Of a DNA stretch of 64,000 bases, positions 34,178 to 45,119 are shown one piece after another. Both the position numbers and the translations under genes were made by a program. The notes beneath the pieces are model-generated. The model was given only the letters and a program-made list of their open reading frames with translations, was not told the origin of the DNA and searched no databases. Source of the stretch: an uncultured Nitrososphaeraceae archaeon (GTDB lineage: Archaea > Thermoproteota > Nitrososphaeria > Nitrososphaerales > Nitrososphaeraceae). Where the stretch lies: assembly GCA_963825865.1 (NCBI GenBank), contig CAWGVG010000036.1:96001-160000 (forward strand), in the 5' to 3' direction. The number at the start of each line of letters is the position of its first letter. Positions within the stretch are counted from its first letter, which is position 1.

Positions 34178-34361
34178 GAGTAATAACAAATAACAAATAA
34201 TAAACTGTATAACTTACCACTTTTTTCTTATATATACACGGTGTAAATAAACCGCACAAGATAATAGGAGACTTAATGCTGAAGAGGAAGAAGAGGAGGA
34301 GGAAAAATAATAATATACACTAGTAGTTTTTGCGCTGATATAAAAAAGAAAAAAAGGTTGT

Positions 34362-34384
34362 GGTAGTAGTAATAATGAACTACC
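34362..34384 (-). terminator. Type-A 3' hairpin plus T-tract (copy 8)
   Basis: GGTAGT...ACTACC-ACAAC-C-T-run. Confidence 0.65.
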
Positions 34385-34418
34385 TTACCATGCAGTAACA
34401 GCTACAGCTGTTGCTATT

Positions 34419-34682
34419 CTAACCGCTTTCACTAGTACAGGTTGCGTTTTCGCCAGGGTGTGTGCAGATAACGTTTTAAGCTTCTTGTTCTAGATCGTTA
34501 TCCCATCCACTTACTGACCCTTTTTGTTTGTTTGCCTGGATGGTGACTGTGTTACCATCTTTACTATTGTCCTGTCCTTTCTTGAAAGCAAATGCTGCTG
34601 ATGTTGCTGAGACTGTTAATCCCACTACTAATGTTGCCGCTGTTAAGACAGCAACTATTGCTAGAGTTTTTGTGTTGTTCAT
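34419..34682 (-). pseudogene. MNNT family copy 8 with in-frame TAA
   Basis: QEA-TAA-NVICTHPGENATCTSESG*; copy 2 has GAA at this codon. Confidence 0.75.
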
Positions 34683-34852
34683 ATAGGTTTCGTCACAAGC
34701 ATTACAATGTCATCTATATATTTGACTTGTCGAAGTTAATGCTGATTTATTTAGTATAATTTAGTGCTAACTTATCTAGCATAACTATTGAGAATATCAA
34801 ATGACGTTAAATTACTCATTTATCTATTGATAGTAGATATTTACTATAACTA
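34683..34852 (-). promoter_or_regulatory. Conserved MNNT upstream block (long type)
   Basis: Shared motifs tttgacttg, ttaatgctg, ttatctagcat, atatcaaatgacg. Confidence 0.8.
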
Positions 34853-35193
34853 AATAACCGAGAGTGCGGCATAATTTGATTATGCAATGTTCAAGTTAGT
34901 TTTATTGACAAGTCCGGTTAGTTAGCTTCATTTATAAATATCCAGATGCTCTGATTCTCGTTATTCCTTTTGTAATTCTTCTGCAGCATTTATTGTTTTA
35001 GGTTCCTCTTCTTCTTTTCGCTCTATTATTGTCAGTATTAGTATTCTCTCTTTTGTTTGGCATTTGGTGTTTTCATAACTCAGCTTTACTATATCAATCT
35101 TAAAGAGGTAAAAACACTTTGGTTAATTTAATTAATTCATATAATAATTTTGAAAAGGTTGTAATTAATCTTTCTGTTACAACAGGTGCAATC

Positions 35194-35658
35194 CTTATCT
35201 CGTTTGTATGCTTCTATAACTTTGCTTATTGCTCTTACAGCCAGAGAACTACTAAAAATGCTTGGGGGATATGGTTATGGTCACAAACTTTTGCTTAAAG
35301 CACACAACGATTGGTTAGTAGAAAGAAGAATAAATAAAAACAGGTGATACAACAAGCTTACAAAAAAAAGTAAGCAGGTAACTAATATAGCAAAACAACT
35401 AAGAGTGTAGATTAATTAAATTATATATTATAGATTAATTCAATATTATTCGTTCATTCTTAATAATCCGCTCTCCTAAAACTTTAAATCTAAAAGATGT
35501 AGACTAGCAAGACAGAAGATAGGTCAACAATAGTAGTAGATTATGAACAACACAACTACCTCGCTCCACCATTCTATCTATGCCAATCTACATCTAATAG
35601 TTAGTGGTGTAATCTGGAATAAAAAGATTGTTAAGTAACTATGTTAATTATAATTGAA
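35194..35658. repeat. Inverted partner of 29432-29896
   Basis: Reverse-complement match. Confidence 0.92.
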
Positions 35659-36192
35659 ATGTGTGTATTTATTTATTTAGGGATGGGAGTAGCCTCTATG
35701 GACAATTACATTTTTTATTATTGTGACTTCAAAAGTGATGTCAAAGGTTCAGAAAAAAAGTTGAATACATTGAGTTGATCTCATATATTATTAATTATAA
35801 TCTCACAACTTTCTGCAACTCCATATTATACAACCTATTGATCAATAAGTTATGATATCATCACAAGACGAATATTGCCGAGATATGATAATGATATCAT
35901 GCATGCATGAATACGACTTTATGCTATTATCATTAACAATATCGCATTCTTGCTTCCATTGCGTCATTTTCTTTGTATAATTGTACAATAAGAGTAATTA
36001 TTATAAAGATAATATAGTCGCAATTATTACGCCCGTAATGTTAGATCATAATAATAGAGAAAATAATTATTAAGAATCATAAATTAACAATTTAATACAT
36101 CTTTGATGTGAAACAATATATAAGTTTTAAATTATAGCAAGATTAACATTAAATCAAATATACTATAATAACAAATCCCTAATTAGAATTTC

Positions 36193-36541
36193 ATGAAGAA
36201 CAACGACACAACTTTAATAATGATTGCAGTAATAATGACGGCTACATTTATGGTGACAGCACTTGTATGGCAGCAGGCAGCGTGCGCAAGCCGAGATACA
36301 GTCGGAAAGTAGCTCAACATCATGTGTAGACAATCATCCGTGCCACATTTCAGTGTCGAATTCGACTGCACCTTCATCATCATCATCAAAATCAAATCAC
36401 AATAAAATCCGTAGCTCAATAACTTGTGTAAACGATCATCCATGCCACACTTCGGCGCTGAATTCAACTGAGAGCCTATCTCAAAACTATCCGCCTATAG
36501 ATAATGAGCTATCCGATTTAATCGGAGATACAACAAACTAA
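36193..36541 (+). CDS. Small secreted protein with duplicated CVxxHPCH motif, frameshifted
   Basis: MKNNDTTLIMIAVIMTATFMVTAL signal; SSTSCVDNHPCHISVSNST / SSITCVNDHPCHTSALNST. Confidence 0.6.
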
Positions 36542-37107
36542 AAATACTAATGCAAGGTAGTTTTCCTACTTCTTTCTCATATCTTATAAATCGTTTTTAA
36601 TCTGTTGTGTCTTAAGGTTGTTCTTTCTATAACAGTATTATTATATGATATTTTTGGATTTGTTCCGCTTTTCTATTGGTAGATGCAATTTTCTTCTTCT
36701 TCTTTGATTGGAGGATTTTTCTATACCTTCGTATTCTCGACCCTGCAAAGCTACATTTTTTTGTATATATTGCTAACTGTAACCAAATTCGTCTTTCTTT
36801 TGTCAGAGAAAATATATTTAACTAGAGAATCGACAAAATCTTCGAATCCTGGTGCTGTCATTAAGTGAAATAATGTAGTTTACATCTTATTAAATAACTT
36901 CAGTGCGTGATTATCATATCATCATCATCATCATCGAATATGTGTTCTTTTTTATAGTTATGATAACTCAACTTTGCAATGTCGAATGATATGGCTTGTT
37001 TCATATTCCAAGGGAATGGGTCTTCTGCTTGCTCTTTTTTCCTATTATGATTTCTTGTGGGGTGTAGTGGATGAAAAGGGCACTGTTATGTTATATATTT
37101 ATTATTT

Positions 37108-37255
37108 AATTATAATCGAATAAATACTGTTTATAGATAAATGAAAAATTTCACGTCATTTGATATCAACAATAATTATGCTAAATAATTCAGCAGTAAC
37201 AAATAGCATTAACTTCCTCAAGTCAAATATAGAGATGGCCTTGTATTGGGAATAT
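37108..37255 (+). promoter_or_regulatory. Conserved MNNT upstream block (short type)
   Basis: tagataaatg...tttcacgtcatttgatat...gcattaacttcctcaagtcaaatata. Confidence 0.8.
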
Positions 37256-37824
37256 ATGGACAACACGAGAATTCTAGCAATGTTAGCTATCTTAATGGCA
37301 GCAACACTAGTAGTAGGAGGAACATTAGCGCAGCAACAACAACAACACCATCAGCATTTGCTTATCAGAAGAAGAAAGGATCACAAGACGGTAGTGAAAA
37401 CGGTAACACAGTTACCCCCCAGAATAACAAACAAGACGGGATAGTGAGTGGATTTGATAACTCATTCAACCAAGAACTTCAAAACCTGATATGTACCCAT
37501 CCAAGCGCGACCTGTTCAACTGAAGGCAGTGAAGGCGCTGCGACTACAGCCAGCGGCAGCACTAGCAACACAGGCAGCACTAGCAACACAGGCAGCACTA
37601 GCAACACAGGCAGCACTAGCAACACAGGCAGCACTAGCAACACAGGCAGCACTAGCAACACAGGCAGCACTAGCAACACAGGGAGCACTAGCAACGCTCA
37701 ACAAGGATCACAAGGACTTAAAGAAAATACAGGTTCTCACGGATCACAAAGGAGCTCATGTACTGTAGGAGGTTCTTTTACTGATCTGGTACAGACAATC
37801 TGCATTCCAACGCTTAAGCCGTAA
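37256..37824 (+). CDS. MNNT family copy 9 with (STSNTG)7 tail, frameshift near 37330
   Basis: MDNTRILAMLAILMAATLVVGG, then SAFAYQKKK...NGNTVTPQNNKQ...SGFDN...NLICTHPSATC...ICIPTLKP*. Confidence 0.8.
37558..37695 (+). repeat. 18-bp tandem repeat AGCACTAGCAACACAGGC, 7 units plus a partial
   Basis: Counted directly; encodes STSNTG. Confidence 0.95.
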
Positions 37825-37831
37825 TTCTTAT

Positions 37832-37850
37832 GAGCCAGAAATAATGGCTC
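37832..37850 (+). terminator. Type-B 3' hairpin (copy 9)
   Basis: GAGCCA-gaaataa-TGGCTC followed by a T-run. Confidence 0.6.
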
Positions 37851-39667
37851 TTACCTATTTTTTACAATGAAGTAATAGAATGAGTTTATGAATCTTTTTT
37901 GTATTTTATTGGATTCTTTTTAAGTTAAAGTTTCTACAACTGTAAAAAACTACTTAGCTTGAAATATATGGAAATATAAGATTTTCAAGCAATCAGCTAC
38001 CTATGATATCAAATATATGTATGATATTGATAAAATCGTTAAAAGATAGCTATAGATCTATTATTGTTAGTATTAACAAGAAACACCTAATAGGTAATTT
38101 GTGTTGCTAGTTCTGATCTCCACTAGTAGTGTTGCTGGTAGCGGTCTGCGAAATGACAATAGGCAGGGGTCCGCATTGGTTCATCTCAAAAACCCCTCTT
38201 GCCTATTGGTTTTAGTTCGCATCTTAAAAAATCACAAAAGAATGTTTGCTTGTTTTTACTTAGTGTCCCCACACTGTCTAACATTGTTTGACATTCTATC
38301 CAAGATTTATCACCCATACTCTACATATACACACGAATTTTGCAGATATGAGCAAAAGGATAAGGCCAAAAGCTAGGATTCATTTATTTTGTATGACTTC
38401 GGTTTCTTTGCCTTTACAAATTCCTTTGTCGATAGCGTTGACCCTCTATAGCAGCTTTTCTTCAGTTGTGCAGTTTGGTGTAACAATGTATTTTATAAGA
38501 AGTAATTTTTTACATGTATCGGAAGGGTGTTAAGACAAATCCTCTGCTGCTAAATATATTTAATGTACAAGAGAGCTTCTTAACATAAAAGAAAGAATAT
38601 GCTCATCCAAATGAGTATATGCTGTTACAGTTTCATTAACAAGTCGATATCATGCCGGCAGATGAAAAACAAAAAAGACGAATGGAATCCCAATTTTGTA
38701 TCAAGAACAAAGACGATGAATGCCTTAGTTGACGATATCAAAAAAAACAAATAGTTTTTTTTACAGATAGTATAGCAGTGCAGCAAAAAAGAAGAAGCAT
38801 ATACAGCATTTTCGCCATCGTCGAAAACGTATTAATAGATAACAATAATTTTATTTATAAAAAAAGAGGTTAGATGTTGGTACCAAAAAACATCATCTTA
38901 TTTGGAATTACGATTCGCCTATGCATTCACACAGATAGAGATGTCATTCGTTCTGTTTAAGTGAGCCACTATCCTTACACATTTTGCTTGTCGCCTTCTT
39001 GTGATTGGCTTGTTGGTTTATTACAGCTTGACGGGATTTGCAGACTCTTAGCTGTCCGGGAGGGTAGACGCTAACCTTGCTGACTTGATTGAGCCTAGTC
39101 TCTCGCAAGATTGATTATGGCACTATATCTTCAGACTGTGGCTCCAAGACCTCAAAAGCGTTGGCTGAGGGACTCCGCACTATCTAACGATCATAGATAC
39201 TCGATACAAGAGAGCAGTCGAAGAGATGGAGATATACCACCGGATGGATGTAACATTTAGCATGGCAGTCACTGGGACTTAGGAGGAGCAAATTATCTAG
39301 GAACGTGCGACAACCTCACAGAGGAGTTGACATCCTCACTAAAGCAAAGTCCCTATGGCTTCAGGCTTTGATTAAGATAGAGACGGCGAGGGGCTCTCCT
39401 TGCGCTATGCCTTCACTTGGCGTCCGCTGACGGCCTACTTGATTTCCCTTACCCAACAAAGTGGGAAATACTAGAATTTGCTCCTTTTAAGTCAATTTAC
39501 CCTGATCGAATTTTGAGGACATATACGGAGATGATGACTATTAGGCTAGCCTCGTCTAATCAGATTCAGCTGCATAAAGGAACGCCTACGACAGGGGGCG
39601 ACTATACATTGAACTCGTAAGGCCTGGGATTCTGGCCTGAAGTTGGGTTTGCACCTCCTTGCGTTGC

Positions 39668-39911
39668 TCAAGTCGTCAGGTGGACAAAGAAGATGTGTGC
39701 TGGCAAGAGATAGACGTGGCCTTCTGGCAGGATAATCGCTCGAGCTGTCTCAGCAACTCTGATGGAACAGGGAATTGACGTTTACGATATTGGCGTGGCA
39801 CCAATCCTATGGCGTTTCGGAGGCAAGAAAAAATACGAAGCTGGTTGATTGTGACAGCCTCTCATAATCCTCTTGAATGGAATGGATTAAAGTTCATAGT
39901 CGAGGGAAGGG
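39668..39911 (+). pseudogene. Diverged duplicate fragment of the phosphomannomutase gene
   Basis: Aligns with about 41896-42132 (CVLARD...TASHNPLEWNGLKF), with many substitutions and indels. Confidence 0.85.
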
Positions 39912-40097
39912 ATAACAATCATACATAGCTGTAAGCTTTCAATTACGCAACAGGTCTATTGTTATCTGTGTCATTATTATTACTACTAAGATAGTTTTCT
40001 CAATTGTCCTTAGCGAAGGTTAAGTGAATGTGCTTATTTTTAATACGAAATGTAAGCAAAATAATAAATATATAAAAGGCTCGAATAATTGCCATAA

Positions 40098-40280
40098 ATG
40101 GTAAACAAACTTGTTAGCTTTGACGAGGACTTGGTACTGAAATCTGCCAACCTGCTTTATATCCTCTCAAAGAGAGACAATTTAGCCATTTTCATATCTG
40201 CAAACAATTCCCATACTAGTAATAATCAGAATAATAATGATAATGATAATGGTCTTAAAGCAGAGGTATCAACACCGCTA
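40098..40280 (+). pseudogene. Truncated N-terminus of a hypothetical, possibly wHTH-type, protein
   Basis: LLYILSKRDNLAIF resembles ILNALSDKEALSIF of 41081; runs head-on into the UbiA fragment. Confidence 0.4.
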
Positions 40281-40510
40281 GTTGATGGTCTGTTTGTTTT
40301 ATTTACCTTGTCTACTTCAAAGTCTGTCAGATCGTTGTAAATATAAACTGCCAGGCTTAAAAAATAACTTGCTATCACTGCATTTGCTGCTGTAAACACA
40401 TTGATATTTCCTTGCGAACTAAGGATTATTGCTATTAATGTTGCAAAAGGAAAACAATAGACAGGAGCTGTTCTTGCCTTTACGTAGTACATAAAGATTC
40501 TAAAGTATTC
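40281..40510 (-). pseudogene. UbiA-family prenyltransferase N-terminal fragment
   Basis: YIYNDLTDFEVDKVNKTNRPS matches NDxxDxxxDxxNxxxRP, then breaks off. Confidence 0.75.
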
Positions 40511-41080
40511 ATATAATGATTCACATTATTCTGATGGACGAAGTATGCTATAGCTATCTTTGTAGTTGTGTATTTATTCATTTTTTTACAGTTTCTGCGA
40601 CTCAGTATATATACTTGTCACCATTTTTGGTGACAATATCATTAAATGAATATTTTACATCACCGAATTATATTTTTTCTAAATAATTAAGAAGATTTAC
40701 AATATAATACAGCCAGGGGCCTGTCGGCTTTTTGATTGTATGGATAAATATATGTATATATAGATGATCTGTTCAGACGCGAAAGTTTTGAAGAATTTAA
40801 CTTTTTAATTACTGCTTTTTCTGCATAGTTGATATATATATATGTATATGTATATGTATATGTATAGGCAGAGCAATAATCCAATAACATAAAAACAAGA
40901 ACCAGGAGCTTTTCTTCTAAAACTGACATGATTACGTGATTGAGATACATCATGATATTTCCAATCTATTCTATAATTGTCTATAATTGGAAATAATTTC
41001 TAGTTTTCTCTATATTTAGTACTTTTAGTAAAAAATTAAATAGCTATGGTTAAATAAATTATATATCTTAATAAGACGAT

Positions 41081-41575
41081 TTGCCCTTACGTATGGTATT
41101 TACAGTTGTTGACATTCTTAATGCACTTTCTGATAAAGAGGCGCTAAGTATTTTTAAAACCGTATCCCTTGGAAACGATAATGTTACCAGTGACTTTCTT
41201 ATGACTAAACTAAAGCTTACGAGAAAGCAATACTATTCAAAGATGATGGCTTTAACGAAAATTGGTTTGATAGGGAGAAGGAAGGGAAAATATTTTCTTA
41301 CTTCATTGGGTAAAGTGATTTGCCATTTTATAATTAAGTTTGAAGACGCTCTCAACAATTACTGGAAACTAAAGGCAATTGATTCGATTCAACTGTCTTT
41401 TCCTGACCATTACGTATCAAAAGAAGAATTTGATAAAATAGTCGGTAATTTAATAGATGACCGTAAAATTGTAGATATTTTGCTTTCAGTAGAAGAAGAA
41501 AGCAACACTAAGCACCATGTTAGTGGTTTGCCCGGAATTGGAAAAACTACACTAGAAAAAAAACATCTGCAATGA
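41081..41575 (+). CDS. Winged-helix-type hypothetical regulator
   Basis: LKLTRKQYYSKMMALTKIGLIGRRKGKYFLTSLGK. Confidence 0.65.
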   Translation: MPLRMVFTVVDILNALSDKEALSIFKTVSLGNDNVTSDFLMTKLKLTRKQYYSKMMALTKIGLIGRRKGKYFLTSLGKVICHFIIKFEDALNNYWKLKAIDSIQLSFPDHYVSKEEFDKIVGNLIDDRKIVDILLSVEEESNTKHHVSGLPGIGKTTLEKKHLQ

Positions 41576-41781
41576 TTGTGTGGCTTTTTTAGGGAAACAT
41601 ATCGACAATAAAGTTAAGGCCACCAATAAGGGTAAGGGAATGCGTCACGTTTATCTATATCTTTATATTATATTTTATATATCTATATATATATATATAT
41701 ATATATATTATATGGCTTTACTTTTAAAAATTAGCACAGAATTAAATATCGCTCATATTTTATTCTGTTGTCGTAATATAG

Positions 41782-43126
41782 ATGAAGGTATCAATCTCTG
41801 GTATTAGGGGTATTTATGGTCATGATCTTAATTTACATGAAATTAGTAAATTTACCAGATTATTTGCTTCTTCTTTTTTTTTCTTCTTCTATAACCAAGT
41901 CAGGCAGGACAAGATGCGTGCTGGCAAGAGATACGCGACCTTCAGGCCGGATTATCGCTCAAACTGTTTCAGCAAATTTGATGGAACAGGGAATTAATGT
42001 TTACAATCTTGACGTTGCACCAACTCCTATGGTGTTTCGAGAAGCAAGAAAATACGAAGCTGGTCTTATTGTGACAGCCTCGCATAATCCTCTGGAATGG
42101 AATGGATTAAAATTCATAATTGAAGGAAGAGGAATCTTTGAAAATGAACTGACTCTAATGCTAAAAGGAACTACACCTAAGGTACCTAATGACAAATTTG
42201 GCGAATCATTTGATATTGTTTCAGAATATGTCAACGAAGTTGTTGATTTGGTATCACAGGAGGAACAATTTGGCAATGCTGTAAAAGTAGGATTTGACCC
42301 AGCAGGAGGAGCTGCCTGTGGCTATTCTGACCAGCTATTTAAAAAGCTTGGACACAAATTTTACTCAGTCAATGACATCCGTGGTATTTCTTCAAGAAGT
42401 CCCGATCCTACTGTAGATGACCTAACTGAATTACGGGTGATGGTAGCAGCAAATCAGCTAGACTTTGGCTTTGCGTTTGATTTGGATGGCGATAGGCTTG
42501 TAGTAGTTAACAACAAGGGCGAAAAGTTGAGTCCTGATGCCACACTTTTGATCTGTGTTGCCAGCGCCCTTAACCTCCTTCGAATGAAAAAATTTGTAAC
42601 AAGCATAGATACTAGCTTATCGGTTGAAAAGTTCGTAGTGCAGCATGGGGGTAAGTTCGATTATTCTAAAGTTGGCGAAGCAAACGTTGTCAACAAAATG
42701 TTACAAGTTAATGCTGATGCGGGAGGCGAGGGAAGCAGTGCTGGTTTTATTATGCCAAAGTTCAATAAATGCAGAGATGGATTTTTAGCAAGTGCAATCA
42801 TATCTTCATTGGATAGGAAAATAATAGATGAATGTCTAACATTTGCTTCCCAATACGTTCAGATTAGATCAAAAGTGCCTGCTGATTCTATTCTTCATGG
42901 CAAAGTGATCGAGAAATTAAACGATCTTTTTACAAGAGAATCATCGCAGGTTTTGACAATTGATGGTGTGAAAGCTATTATAGATGATGATTCATGGGTA
43001 CTTGTAAGACCTTCAAACACTGAGCATGCTATTCGGATTTCTGTTGAATCAACAAAAGACAAGGCGCAATCATTGTACAAAGAAATGATTGAAAAGGTTC
43101 AAGTAGTATATGACCAAGTTAAATGA
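41782..43126 (+). CDS. Phosphomannomutase/phosphoglucomutase family, frameshift in T-run near 41875
   Basis: SISGIRG, TASHNP, FDLDGDR, GGEGS, RPSNTE. Confidence 0.9.
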
Positions 43127-44179
43127 AAAGGAAATTATTGATCTTTTTATCTCTAAACTTGGGATAAATAAAATAGTAGAATTTGAAAAAGATGATGTCG
43201 CTATACTGTCATTGAAAAAGATAAAGAAGATTTCTGCTGCTGCTCCTGCTACCTCCAACCACCACCACCACCACCCCTGCTGCTATTGGTGCTACTACTC
43301 CAAATCTTATTCTCAAATGCGATATGCTTGTTGAAAGTACCTGATGTACCTCCTGGAATGCGACCGTGGCAAATTGCAAGAAAAAGTATAGTATCCTGCA
43401 TCAGCGATTTGTCAGCAAAAGGCATCAAGCCACCGTATATATCTCTAATTTCAATAGGGATTCCGAAAAAATATTCTAAAGCTGAAATTGTTGATCTGGC
43501 AAATGGTTTTCAACTGGCTTCTAAAGAATTTGAGGTCAAAATTGTAGGAGGCGATACTAACAAATCTAAAGAATTGATAATTGATTGTAATGTAGTTGGA
43601 ATTTCAGATGAGGATGGCGGCGACTCGAATATTCCAAAAAGAAAAGGCGCAAGACCCGGAGATGTAGTGATCTGTTCAGGAGAATTTGGCTATTCGTCTT
43701 CGGGCCTGAAGATCCTAATTGGCAATGCAAAGGCTAAAGGAGAATTTAAAAAGAAAGCTATTTTATCTGTAATAAAACCAAAACCACAACAAAAGTTTGG
43801 AATATCTCTTGCAAAATATTTTTCCTCTTCTATTGATTCAAGTGATGGTCTTGCCATTTCGCTTTATGAATTGGCAAAACAGAGTAAAGTTAACTTTATC
43901 ATAGATATTGTGCCATCAGCAAATGGTGTCAAAGATTTTGCCAAAGATAATCATCTGAAGACTAAAGACCTGATTTTCTATGGAGGAGAAGAATACGAAA
44001 TAGTAGCAACTATTCCGCAAGTATATTTGAAAAAAGCAGAAGCGTTAGCCAGAAAATTAAAATTGAAACTACATATTATTGGAAAAGTAGAGAAAGGAAA
44101 TGGCAAGGTAATTGCCATAAATGAGAATGGAAGATACTCGCTTCTCGATGACCGTGGCTACACTCACTTCGGTAGATAG
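43110..44179 (+). CDS. thiL: Thiamine-monophosphate kinase, frameshifted
   Basis: EKEII, DDVA, SDLSAKG, VGGDT, DSSDGL, GGEEYE. Confidence 0.88.
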
Positions 44180-44429
44180 ACCAGAAAAGGAGATGGGTTG
44201 CGTTGTATTTCTCTATATCTGAAATTTTAGGACAAAAAATCATCGTGTATATTGATTTATGTAATTTTACTGCTAATGCTTTCTTGGCCTAGAGTTAGCG
44301 AAACCCTCTCTACTAAACCCTGGGAATTAACCAACCATATTTTAATTATCTTGTCTCTACTCTTATTTCTTAAAAATTTAGTATAAAACATTAATATATA
44401 AAATGGATTATAACTATAACGCTATATTT

Positions 44430-44837
44430 ATGTCACAAACAGATGATATCACTCAGTACAAATGGGGAGTAGCCCACATATTTAGTAGTTATAATAACAC
44501 GCTCGTCCATGTTACAGATGTTAGCGGTGCTGAAACAATTTCATTTAGTTCTGGTGGAAGACATGTTACGGCAGACAGGTACGAATCTTCTCCATATGCT
44601 GCAATGAAATCTGCAGTTGCAGCAGCTGATGGTGCCAAAACTAAAGGAATCAATGCTCTTCACATACGCGTAAGAGCCGTTGGTGGCGTGGGTTCAAGAA
44701 TTCCTGGCCCAGGGGCTCAGGCTGCAATTAGAGCTTTGGCTAGAGCTGGCTTTCGAATTGGTAGAATTGATGATGTTACCCCAATTCCTCATGATACCAC
44801 TAGAAAGCCTGGAGGAAGAAGAGGAAGAAGAGTATGA
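44430..44837 (+). CDS. rps11: 30S ribosomal protein S11 (uS11)
   Basis: [35 protein letters not shown]...GGRRGRRV. Confidence 0.97.
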   Translation: MSQTDDITQYKWGVAHIFSSYNNTLVHVTDVSGAETISFSSGGRHVTADRYESSPYAAMKSAVAAADGAKTKGINALHIRVRAVGGVGSRIPGPGAQAAIRALARAGFRIGRIDDVTPIPHDTTRKPGGRRGRRV

Positions 44838-45119
44838 CATCATCATTATCATCATCATTGTTGTTGTTTTTCTTTCTTCATCCCACATATGCACATTAAT
44901 GGATTTGTGGGTACATCATTATCCCTCTTCCCCACCTCACACATTTCTAAGGAAACGTTTTGTTTGCTTCAATTCACCGTCTTGCAAAATCTGTTTGTTC
45001 CTGATACTTGTCCTTTACCTTGTCATAAGGTGGCGTGATTTTGATTTGATTATAATCTCTTTATATTTATATATATATATACAGTAAAAAACTCTACAAA
45101 ATTAAGCTTTTAATAATTT

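Noticed and set aside
37558-37695. Possible CRISPR array
   Set aside because: Units are contiguous with no spacers and lie in frame in a CDS; no cas genes.
37479-37768. ORFs reading (LVLPVL)n, (VASAAC)n and (AALATQ)n
   Set aside because: Alternative frames of the 18-bp repeat.
39040-39240. HEARO/omega-RNA of an IscB element
   Set aside because: Only vague resemblance and no IscB ORF downstream.
40830-41710. (TATATG)n and (AT)n tracts
   Set aside because: Simple microsatellites common throughout this window, with no sign of function.
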